Positions 36,831 through 46,921 of a stretch of 46,921 nucleotides of DNA are shown here, piece after piece. The notes under the pieces were generated by a model, which did not search any database, had not been told where the DNA came from, and saw nothing but the letters and a program-made list of their open reading frames with translations. Positions within the stretch are counted from its first letter, which is position 1. Every line of letters starts with the position of its first letter. Source of the stretch: Trichosphaerium sp. ATCC 40318 (taxonomy: Eukaryota; Protista; Tubulinea); assembly GCA_038496445.1 (NCBI GenBank), contig JALMLS010000603.1:1-46921 (forward strand). The letters are read 5' to 3'. The translations under genes and the position numbers were made by a program.

Positions 36831-39733
36831 CTGTTGTGCTAAAATCAGCACAGTATAAATTGCGGCACATATCAAGACCCCAAATAGACTTGCTTGAAGC
36901 TGATCATAGTAATATGGACATAGAAAGCTGTTTTAGTGACTATGAACCACCTAGTGAACACTCAAATGATCTGTCAAGTGAGGAAAGTGGTCAAAGACAT
37001 GTATTAGTTCAATGTAATGACGAATCAGCAGACCAAGTATTGAACAATGTACCCAAAGGCACTTTGAAGATAGAATACATAACTAACAGAAGAAAAGCAC
37101 GAAAAGAAGAGCAAAAGGTAACCTCACCAGAAGATAGTCTACTAACAAAGACAAGGGCTCTTGCAAATGGATCAATGAAGTTGGCTTGAGAACAAATAAT
37201 GGGATAAAAGACTGTACATTATGGGAGGCAGATGTAAAGCGTATTGAAGGCTACAAAAGTGCACTTAAAAAATTCAAAGCACAATCCTTTATTACCAAGG
37301 GTGTATGTTACATGCCATATGCTTAATTAACTAACATTTTTAGAATTGGCAACCAGGAGCAACCAATGAAATACGAGCACACAATGGGTTGAGTCCATTA
37401 AATCACATAGCCTCTGACAAAATTCTTGGAGTTGATAAGGAACAGTATGCCAACTGGAGCGGTAGTACACCACCGACAATAGCAGATGCCATTGAATTGT
37501 GGTTAAATCCTATGTTTGAACTAATTAAGGAGCAATCATCGAAAGGTACCAAAAAAACGCTTGTGTTACAAAGTTAATGAATTTCAGGCTTTAAGACTCT
37601 TGGCCCAACATCACGATCTTTGTACAATCAAACCATTATGCTAGATATCTTAAATAGCACTAATGAAAAGCAAAATGAAGCAATCAAACAATATCCAGGC
37701 ATGTGTACTTCATGAACAATATCTAACAATGTGTTAGGCATAAAGCAAACATCATGGTATGAGAAAACATTTAAAAAGACAACAATACGGCTGCAAAAAG
37801 CAAAAGAGAAGTGTGGAGATACAACTCTTGAATCACTTGTTGCCAAAGTTAACATAGACGCATATATTCAGGCAAAAAAGAAAAATTCACATTATAAATG
37901 GACATGTGCCGGCAGTTGGACAATGGATTTGGTGAAATACCACTTTGGCGTGTTGTTGGCTATGAAACTGTCACCAGAACAGAAACTAAAACATTTTTGG
38001 AGTACTAACAAATTGTATGGCAATATAGGTAATTACAAGGTTCAACCTTATGTCTGTTTACTAATAGAATGTAGCTATACGCAACAGTTGCACCTTAGAA
38101 CAATGGCAAGAACTTACCAGGCAAATTGACTACCATCCGTTGAAAATACAAAGGTACTTAAAAACAGTGTATTTGAATTAATAATAGTAGCCTTTTGAAT
38201 TGTACAATACAAGTAAGATTTAACCCAGGTAAAAAAAGCTGTTTAGATGAAACTATGCTTCCTGGTGCAAGTGCGTTGATGTTGATGTTGGTAATTATTA
38301 ATACTAAAAACAGAGGTGTGGTTCACTTGTTACTGTTCACGTAAACCAGTTAAAGAAGGATTTTGGGTATTTGAACTTTGTTTTAAGGTATGTTGGTAAT
38401 AAATCTCCATTTTTGATGTTAGTATAGAATGGCAATGATGTTTGGCCGTGGATATTAGATGTTAGGTTTGGTGGCAGCACAATGCCACCGTCATATATGG
38501 CTCACTTCATTGCCCAAACACTATTAAAGAAATATCCTAAAAGTAAAGTTACTGTTGCAACAGATTCATACTATACAAAGCCAGTAGCTGCAACATTATC
38601 TCCTGATCACCGTTACAAATTTGTTGGTTTGATGAGCTCTGCTAAAGCTTCTAACATGGTTTCTTATTTGAAAGATGTACTCAGAATCGTCATGCCAATG
38701 TCAAAGCTCATTAATTTTTTTAGATGCTGGGAAGCAGCAGCGTAGGGTCACACACATGGGTGTATGATGCAAAAACAGTGCAACATGACACACCTGTATG
38801 TGCAGGATTATTCAAAGATGTAAAAACACATGTGTCATATTTGTCAAATGTTGGAAACCCCAATATCTCTTCTCCTATCAAAGAAACCATTCGATCTAAA
38901 GAGGTTATTGTTGAAAAACCAAATCCTGTTGTGCTATACTCAGAGCTTAAAAATGCATGTGATATTTTCAACAGATAGTAAGTATCATGAAATGATTTGA
39001 TTTATTTTTATGTTTATTTAGTGTGCTTAAATACAAAAGAATACATACTTTTAGAAACACTCGATGGACTACAGCATTGCTTGCAGCATATTTGTAAGAT
39101 TTTTTCCTCTATTTACAAAACTAAACTATCTTAGTGATTTGTTTCTAGCATCTTCATTTTGTTGGTACTCTATGCTTACAAAAGATACTAAAAAAACAAC
39201 ATACAGTGACTACATTGAAACTGTTGCATCAATATTGATGGGACTGGATACTGGCAAGCCATTTTGCATCCGTAGCAGACAGCCTAAAAGTACAACAAGT
39301 TCCAAATGTTCAATGCTGTTAACTTATCAACTATAGCTACCAAATGCCATGAATCAGTTGTTAGATGCACTAGACAATCTCTTAAACGTAAACACACTTC
39401 AAAAGAGTGTGCAGAAGTTCAACCAAGGATCAAACGTCAACGCAAGCACTATACACATCATAAGTTAGTGAGTTTGAAGAGTTCCCACCTAAGCAAAAAG
39501 TTGTATAACACACCAACAGCTAAATGTATTGGCTGTTCTAAAAGAAACTTACGGAGGTACAAGTACAACATGTAAATATACAATCTAACATCACAAATAG
39601 GTTTTGTGAAGGTTGTCCAAAAAGCATCAAGCTGGTTAAGATATCCAAAAGTAGACGACAGAAGTTGTGTGTACCAACATTTTATTGTAGTGAGTGTTTC
39701 TTCACACATCACAAGGTTAAATGTACTTTGTAA
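36830..39733 (+). CDS. piggyBac-family transposase, intron-rich and apparently intact
   Basis: FNPGKKSCLDETM (D 38246-38248), CSRKPVKEG, VATDSYYT (D 38563-38565), FKDVKTHVSYLSN, PVVLYSELKNACDIFN (D 38961-38963) and TRWTTALL. C-terminal CIGC..FCEGC..YCSECFFTHH Cys-rich domain, stop at 39731-39733. Confidence 0.88.
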
Positions 39734-39992
39734 GTCCCTCAAGCGGACAGAGAATAGCAATAATTGTAAGTCCCAAAAAGTGGACACGTGCTCAGCAATG
39801 TCAGAAAATAAAATGTAAAATTTTTTTGTATTAAAAAAGGCTGTGGATGCTGCTCAAAATGACGAAAAAAAATGTACAAATATACGCATTCAATCTAACG
39901 CCTGTTGTAGTCCCTTATCCCCGCTGAACACTTTACGACAGGTACCATCAAAAACGGATAAGCACACACTATTCGGTCTATGGAGATAATAT

Positions 39993-40255
39993 CCACGAAA
40001 AAGATTCATCCTCACGATAAACGCTAAACTCGATCAACAAGACATTACAGTGTTTATTTCAGCACAGCATGTTCAAAGTATGTATAAAAGGCGAATTAAA
40101 GGACAAAAGGGAATGGGGAAGGTGAAATAGTTTTAAAATGCGTGAAAACTTGCTTTGTAGCCAGTTACATATGTCTTCGCGTGTGTACCCGGTAAAAACT
40201 TAATAAAAACGCTGAAGAGCGCTCTTACGGAAAAAAACCCGATCACGTTTTTGTA
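39993..40255 (-). repeat. Right half of the dispersed repeat interrupted by the piggyBac element
   Basis: Reverse complement matches ~23920-24188 (gagtttagcgtttatcgtgagg.tgaatctttttcgtgg; aaagcaagttttcacgca), more diverged distally. Confidence 0.85.
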
Positions 40256-40330
40256 AAACGTTTTTGTCAATATTTGCGAATTGTTACACCAATGTAAAAA
40301 TTATTGTTTTCCATACCACCTCTTTCGCAG

Positions 40331-40519
40331 GAGTTCGAAATTGTTCGAAAAAGTGCGTGTTTGTTCGAATATAGTTCGAAAAAGGGACAAAAAATGCAAG
40401 CTAAAAATGGCTTGGTTCGCTTTTGGTCGAGCCCGTCGCTTTGCTTGGGACAAGAACCCGACCTTCACTCACAAATTGTCAGCCATTGGCGGGTAGGCGT
40501 GAAAAAACAATTCGAACTC
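40331..40519. mobile_element. Degenerate MITE related to the 13432-13692 element
   Basis: Ends GAGTTCGAAATTGTT and AACAATTCGAACTC, with repeated TTCGAA. The internal ~90 bp (40410-40500) is homologous to the reverse complement of 13505-13595. Confidence 0.6.
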
Positions 40520-41347
40520 ATGCAAACTACTACAGTTTAAATACACAAAATCTCGAGATGCAGATGTTTTGTACTACCAACACTTCCTTTGTCCGCTATC
40601 TACGTACCAAGAAATGATGTTATTAATAAACGTTAAAATTGTTCGGCTAAAACAACGGACACTTTTATTTTTCAAAAAGCCAAAAAAACTGAAGCCGTTC
40701 TTGTCACACCACTATATGAGTTGGAGCCTTCATGTTAGTTATGCTCCACGCGATGTGTATCACACAGATAAAATATCATCACTCCATGTGTCATCACTGA
40801 TTTGTGTATTTATTTTAAACTCTATAAGCACAAAATAAAAACACATCAACCAGAGGTTTTTTGCTATTATTCTGTCGCTTCATTGTTCTATGCAGTTTGA
40901 GAGTGTTTCGTTTTTTAAACTGTAAGTCGTTGAGCAAGTGAAACAAAGAGCCCAAAGGTATGTAGCACCCCTCATACGAGAATCTAGAGCGAGCACAATA
41001 CAACAATTTTCAGGACCTGTTTGTGTTCGTGCACCTGTTATTGTAACAGCACAAATAATTTTTTTCTCAAAGATTCCATGCATTGCTCTCCTTCACAAAC
41101 AAGTAAAAGGACATACTAACATTCTTTGTTATCTTTGAAAAGAAAAAGACTGTGGGTTGTGTACAACCAAAGCGGTTCATAAAATGTTTTCAAAGTTGTA
41201 TAATGCGACAGAATCTTTCAATACGTAGTGTGGGTAGCCAGTAAAATTTCTAGCGTTCAGTAAACAATGAGCCGGTTGCACATAAACAGTGCACACAGTA
41301 CTTAACTGCCAACAGACAAAAAAACAAACAACAAGCAATCATACACT

Positions 41348-41863
41348 ATGCGCACCTTCTTGTACCTCGCTGTATCTTGTATACTCCTTACAGTGTGTAT
41401 TGCAATTCAAGAAGACAAAAAAGAAGAAGAACAATACTTTGTCATCTGGAAAGAAGCCTTCGACAACGGTGCTATGGATGCTGGATCAGGCGGAAGCAAT
41501 GGACAGAGTGTAAAAATTAGAGTGTACGACCCAAACGATCATGGTCAGCACTGGATCGAGTCACATGCCTCGATATCAGGTTACTTCAACTACCGCAAAA
41601 GGGACACGAACTATTGCCTGGATGCCAGCCATATAGCGGCAAACGGAGAGGACGTCAAGTTGTGGACTTGTGACGCACACGAAACGAATCAAATGTGGTA
41701 CAAAGTCTTGTATGGTTCAAACTCTCGCCTGTTCCGACACCCTTACACGTCCAATTATGTGGCTGATCACGCCGGACCCAATGACAATGTACACATGTGG
41801 CAGAATGTTGGAGGTGGTCATCCTGACACGAACAACCAACTTTGGGAAAGGAAAGTCATCTAA
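41348..41863 (+). CDS. Secreted ricin-B (beta-trefoil) lectin protein, intronless
   Basis: Signal peptide MRTFLYLAVSCILLTVCIA, three QxW motifs (GQHW, NQMW, NQLW) and YCLDA...VKLWTC. Confidence 0.85.
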   Translation: MRTFLYLAVSCILLTVCIAIQEDKKEEEQYFVIWKEAFDNGAMDAGSGGSNGQSVKIRVYDPNDHGQHWIESHASISGYFNYRKRDTNYCLDASHIAANGEDVKLWTCDAHETNQMWYKVLYGSNSRLFRHPYTSNYVADHAGPNDNVHMWQNVGGGHPDTNNQLWERKVI

Positions 41864-41995
41864 GTTAAATAAATTCGCGTATTACCGCCATCACTAGCAT
41901 CAACTATGCCTCATGTTTTGTGTTAAACAAAAAACCAACTCTCACCATGTATTTTGAATAATATTGACAGTTAAAGTCAATCGCGACTGCTTTCT

Positions 41996-44489
41996 ATGGT
42001 GCTTTCCGAGCTCTTAGTGTCTTTAGTATTTTTTATAGTAGTAGTGTCGTCTACCACCATAAAACCGTTATGGGATCGCGAGCAAGGCACAGTTTTATCT
42101 GTAAGTGTAATTCATATACCGTTAATAACGTTACATGATCTAAAAAAGCGTTAGACACCAAGTATTCTGGTTGTACCTGATAGTTTGTTCAAACGAGGAT
42201 CGCCTTCTCATAACAACATGTTTCAAAGCCTTAAAGACTTAAAACCAACGTTAACGTCTTTTAAAACAATATATGCGTTCCCATACTTGGGTGCTGGTGC
42301 TCTCACTGAGCCTGACGGTAATCCACGCTGTGCATCTATCACTACAGGGACTGTAGGACATCTCGTTTGCTCACAAGGTATTTCGCTTATTTCTACACAA
42401 AAAACCCTCTGGAAGACGTCACCTGTTCTTCTAACGACTGCCTACTAGGAGATATCACGTCTATTGATGTCGGGTACTTTGGTAACCCGTCTGGCCATTG
42501 CGGGTAATAATGACACGTGATTTTTTTTTTTATAATCATAGTCTAGCGCTTATCAAGAAGGCTCTTGCAATATTGATCCAACTACAGCTCTCAACAAAAT
42601 GTGTTTGGGTAAACCTATGTGTTCAATCAATGTAACGTCAGATATCTTTGGAAGGTAAGCATCCAACAACAAGATACAGTGAGAAGAGTCTCAAGTGTCA
42701 TTATTGTAATGAATCTTTTTTATCCAACAATCATTATTTGCGCCTGTTTTTAACTAACAATCATCACTTGCGCCTGTTTTGATATCTAATTATTTAATTT
42801 ACGTTAGTTCTTGTGGTAAAGATGCAGTTTTATCTGTTCAAGCTAAATGCAGGTAAATCACAATAGATACAACGTTTTTCTTTTTCTTCTTTCTTTCACG
42901 TTTTTATAGTCTTTGGGTAAACTCTACGTCATGGGATTTCTCTTCGTTTGACCCTGTCATGGATGACTTTATTGAAGCACAAGGAGGACAAGATTTTATG
43001 TTAGATCTAGCTATGATACCTAGGTGGATGTTTAACTCGCCATCACCAATCCCAAACCCTTACGACGAAAACGAGGTGCCAAGAAATCAATACTATTATT
43101 TACTTTCTTATCAAGGCTTGGACTTGGAAACTTCCTTCTGGAGAGCTTCGAGATCACAGTTTTACAGAATTAAGTGATTACTTCTATAGAATAGTATCAT
43201 ACTTTGTTAAAGGAGAGATGACAGACGAATATGGATTCATACACAAAAGAGAAAAAGGACCAGTACCTAATTTGAAGTATTTTCAAGTTTTGAATGAACC
43301 AAATCTCTGGACGTCAGTGGAATATTATACAAAGCTCTACGATGCAATAGTTGGTAGACTGTCAAGTGAATTTCCTCATTTAAAGTTCGTTGGTATGGAA
43401 CAATCATCAATGGGCACACCAGAGAACTACGAGTACTTTCTAAACCCAAAAAATCACATGGATGTTAGTCAAGTTTTTTTTTTTCTGTTTCTCTTACTCT
43501 ACCTCTTCTTTTTAGGGCGTACCATATGATTGGGTATCATTCCACTTCTATGCGTCACCAAACAGCTCTACAGACGCTAAAGAGATTTCACTTGCCTTCA
43601 ATAAAGTTGATACGTCTCTTGTACCTAAAATTGAAGCTATCTCCAACCAGAGGCACGTGAAATTGTCACGTAAATATTCTTTTTATTAATTGTTGTTCAG
43701 ATCAAAGTACGCTCCTGACGTTAAACTATCTCTAGATGAAGTAGTAAGTGACAAGATAGAAGATTTTTGCACAATTATACTGAAGAGCGTTTAGGGTCTA
43801 AGTTTTGGTGCATCTATCTCGTATGATACCTTTACAGATATGAATTGGCAAGCAGCCAACTCATTCTTTACTTATGCATACTTTAAAACAGCACATTTGG
43901 TTCAAAGTGCGCAAGTCAGTCAGCTTCATGGATACCCTTTGCTGGTACGAGAGTTTATTTCGCTGTTGTACTAAACTATTTATTTCTTTGATAGTTCCCC
44001 GGCAGTACGATGGTAAAATGGGATACAGGTAACTCCACAAGGTTACATGAGTTGACGGATTAATAGGCGTTCCTAATGCGAAGTACTGGGGCTTGAAGTT
44101 ATTAATGCAGACATCTAGTGTTGACGATATGCTTTACATAACAGAGACAAACAATAATGCTACGTAAGATTTCTTCAACCTTTCAAGGTGAACGTTGCTG
44201 AGAATATTCTAGAACATTTGCTCAAGCTCTAGAAAAGAAAGATGGAAGTCGTTTAGTTGTCATTGTAAACAAATCTCCTGAGGTTCGTTCTTTGTTACTT
44301 ACAATTTTTCGTTCACTAACAATCACGTGTTAGAAGCAAACATATGTTGTTGAAGAGTCTTCTGGTAAGACTTTCAAATACATTGATTTATCGACAGTAA
44401 GCAGTATGGATCAAACAAAATCGGTTGTTGTACAGAACAATACCTTTAGCTTGGGTCAGTTCGGTTGGGGTGTACTCTCGCTTCAATAA
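41996..44489 (+). CDS. Secreted clan GH-A glycoside hydrolase (GH39-like) with an inserted galactose-binding SUEL lectin domain, multi-exon
   Basis: Signal peptide; SUEL-like ITSIDVGYFGNPSGHCG...CLGKPMCSINVTSDIFG...LSVQAKC; acid/base motif YFQVLNEPN; YDWVSFHFYA; candidate nucleophile LSLDEV; stop at 44487-44489. Confidence 0.75.
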
Positions 44490-45045
44490 AGTAATGATCT
44501 ACGAATTTAATCATAACTATGCTGGAATTGAATAAATTACCGGCTTTACACTTCATAGCTTCTTAATTTTAACTTTGGGAGATTTCCCACGCATCAATAC
44601 AACATCTTTTGGGTGAGACAACAACTGACTGCCTTTTTTACGCACATTGGCACTTTTTTTATTTCACTAGGTGAATTTCTGTATTTACGTGATTATCTTG
44701 TTATTTTTAGGTGATCAAATAAAATAGTAGAAAGTATTCCAATACATCTTATCTTATCAAATTTGCAACATTCTACTTTTATTGTCTACGATCTGCCGTT
44801 TGGCGTAGTCTTAGAAACCAAGACGGTTTTCAACTTGAAGATTGCTATAATGTTAATGCCACTATGTTGGGTAAACAATTAATTGTACCAAAAAAGTGCT
44901 TTGGTAGGCATACAGTTACTCTATGATATCGCAACCTAAACAGACCGGCAAAAAGTAAGAAAATTATGAGAATTTTTTGTACAAAGTCATGGTAAATGCT
45001 ATGTAACCCGTGCACCAAGATTAATTACCGCTCTATACTTACATT

Positions 45046-45232
45046 GAACTGAGATAGATATGTCACCGAAAGGAATTTTCGCAAAAAGATATGGCTACCA
45101 GGTAGTTATTTATTTCAGGGGTCATTACATAGCTTTGGCGCATCCAAGATAGATTTTGGGCGAGATCAGTTCAGAATTTTTACATGATAAGTGCTCATGG
45201 TACTTTTTTACAAATACGACAACACGATAAAT
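45046..45232 (-). repeat. Third, partial copy of the dispersed repeat
   Basis: Near-identical to 34804-35005 apart from small deletions. Confidence 0.9.
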
Positions 45233-45303
45233 TTATAACTATTTTATTTAACGTCCTACAAAGACATTCACAGAACCTAAAGAAACTACTAACTTATTTG
45301 CGA

Positions 45304-46261
45304 TCATTTTTCAATTGTCCAAATCAATATGCCATCCCGACACCACAGCTTGCATTCTCCTTCTTGCTTGCCATTGATGTAATTACATTGCCTTGACAAT
45401 TGGCCACACCAATACCACTCTTTGCATTCTCCTTCTTTTTTGCCATTTATGTAATTACAATGCATCTTCAATTGGCCACTCCAATACCACTCCTTGTATT
45501 CTCCTTCTTGCTTGTTATTGCTGTAATTACACTGGATATTCAATTGGCCATTATTGAACCAGAGTTTGTATTCTCCTTCTCGCTGGCCATTGTTATAATT
45601 ACAATATCTCTTAATTTGGCCCTTCTTGTACCACTCCTTGAATTCTCCTTCTAGTTTGTAATTGAGATAATTACAATGGCTCATCAATTGTCCTTCGCGA
45701 TACCACTCCTTGTGTTCTCCTTCTCGTTTGCCATTACTGTAATTACAATGGCTCTTCAATTTGCCATTGCGATACCACTCCTTGTATTCTCCTTCTTGCT
45801 TGTTATTGCTGTAATTAGTCTGGATCCTCACTTGGCCATCATTGAACCACTCCTTGTGTTCTCCGTCTCTTTTGCGATTTATGTAATTCTTCTGGGTCTT
45901 CAATAGGCCAGTGTGCCACCATACTTTGTACTCTCCATGCGGTGCACCGTGTTTCCAACACATTTGCTTTATAACAAGGTCCTTTCTTCGGCGAAGCCAT
46001 TTTCCATGCTTATTCATGTCACAATCATACCTTGTATTTATCGCGGCCTGTTTTGACAAGATTGGCCACTTGAAATACACTGATGAGTCCAAATCAATAA
46101 TGTCTAGCTGAATCTCGACTGGAAGGTTTATTAAAGAGCACCCTTCCGATTTTACAGCAGCTATCTATTAAATCTGTTATTTATCTTGTAACCAAACGTA
46201 TGTTGATTACCTTGCAATCAATATTATCAGGACATGCGAGCATTGTGGGATAGGCGAGCAT
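45304..46261 (-). CDS. F-box-like N-terminus + MORN-variant repeat protein with homogenised 72-nt repeats
   Basis: Exon 1 (ATG 46261 or 46243), then LINLPVEIQLDIIDLDSSVYFKWPILSK and about 9 repeats of 24 aa with consensus EGEYKEWYxxGQLxxxCNYxNxKx. Confidence 0.88.
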
Positions 46262-46921
46262 TGTGAATAAAATAAAAATTATGTTAAAATTCTAAGAAAC
46301 CACGTGAATGTTGTTCACCACTACTGAATTCTTCAACTGCTGTTCTTTATTGAATATTAATTACTTGTAATTTAGTATGTGTAAGTAGGTATGTACCTGA
46401 TCAGGGATCTCTTTACTAGTAAAGTATGAAACGTAACTCTCTACGCAAACATTTAGAACACTGTTACAAAGAGGTAACTATAAAAAGGGATGCTGGTAAA
46501 AATTATTCCAAGTAAGGTTATTGATGACGTTATGCACTACATTAACTGAACACATGCAAACAGTGCTTTTATGGGTTCAAATTATGGATTCTGCCTAGCT
46601 GGCATAGTTTAGGTTATTTAGAGGTACGATAAACTCTCTTGAGCCAGTTCAAAAAGTCTGAACTATGACAAAAACAATATTGTAAAATTGAAAGTTTGTA
46701 TTTTGAAGTTCGTCAGACTTTTTACTCTGACAAGAACTCTCTAAGGTTTTCTTCGTCTGACAACTTATCTAAAACAAATGCTGTAGCATCGGCGCAATCT
46801 CTCAGTGCTAAAATTGTGAGTACAGAGCTGATACAAAGAAAAGCTCAATAATGTGTTACCGTTATGATCAGGATTAAGAATATCATCACAAGCAGCATGA
46901 TAACAAGGATCAAAAGGTGCA

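Larger units (their letters stand above)
35485..39988 (+). mobile_element. piggyBac-like DNA transposon (~4.5 kb) flanked by ATAT
   Basis: ATAT at 35481-35484 and 39989-39992, with the empty site at 24189-24192. Imperfect terminal inverted repeats TATCTCtgtcGACtGAATAGT and TATCTCcataGACcGAATAGT. Encodes a DDD transposase. Confidence 0.88.

Noticed and set aside
42720-42782. Short ~28-bp tandem duplication
   Set aside because: Ordinary intronic slippage duplication.
9772-46092. Diversity-generating retroelement acting on the ankyrin or MORN repeats
   Set aside because: No reverse transcriptase in the window, no template/variable repeat pair identified, and differences are not clearly adenine-restricted.
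45400-46111. Hydrophobic plus-strand ORFs (also 16551-16805, 33728-34718)
   Set aside because: Antisense shadows of the MORN repeat genes.
1-46921. Giant virus genome or endogenous viral element (ankyrin, F-box and MORN content)
   Set aside because: Dense spliceosomal introns, a GPCR, low coding density and no viral core genes indicate a eukaryotic host chromosome.

Overview
AT-rich (roughly 35% GC by eye) eukaryotic genomic DNA with many short GT-AG introns (about 30-60 nt). Most six-frame ORFs are therefore exon fragments or spurious, and the gene models below were spliced by hand. The gene content resembles a free-living amoeba or other protist (inference). From left to right the window holds: two tandem minus-strand genes encoding ankyrin repeats plus a PARP-type (H-Y-E) ADP-ribosyltransferase, with a decayed third ART fragment between them; several small MITE/hairpin and dispersed repeats; three F-box-like + MORN-variant repeat genes and one pseudogene; a class C GPCR; an F-box/LRR gene; a MUS81-like ERCC4 nuclease; a ~4.5 kb piggyBac-like transposon; a secreted ricin-B lectin; and a clan GH-A glycoside hydrolase with an inserted SUEL lectin domain. 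Two things stand out. (1) The second ankyrin-ART gene contains a homogenised array of 99-nt one-repeat-per-exon cassettes that vary mostly at the ankyrin binding-surface positions, like a natural DARPin library coupled to an ADP-ribosylating effector. (2) The piggyBac-like element sits at an ATAT site whose empty version is visible elsewhere in the window, and its intron-rich, apparently intact transposase gene is preceded by, and probably fused to, a USP-fold cysteine protease domain.
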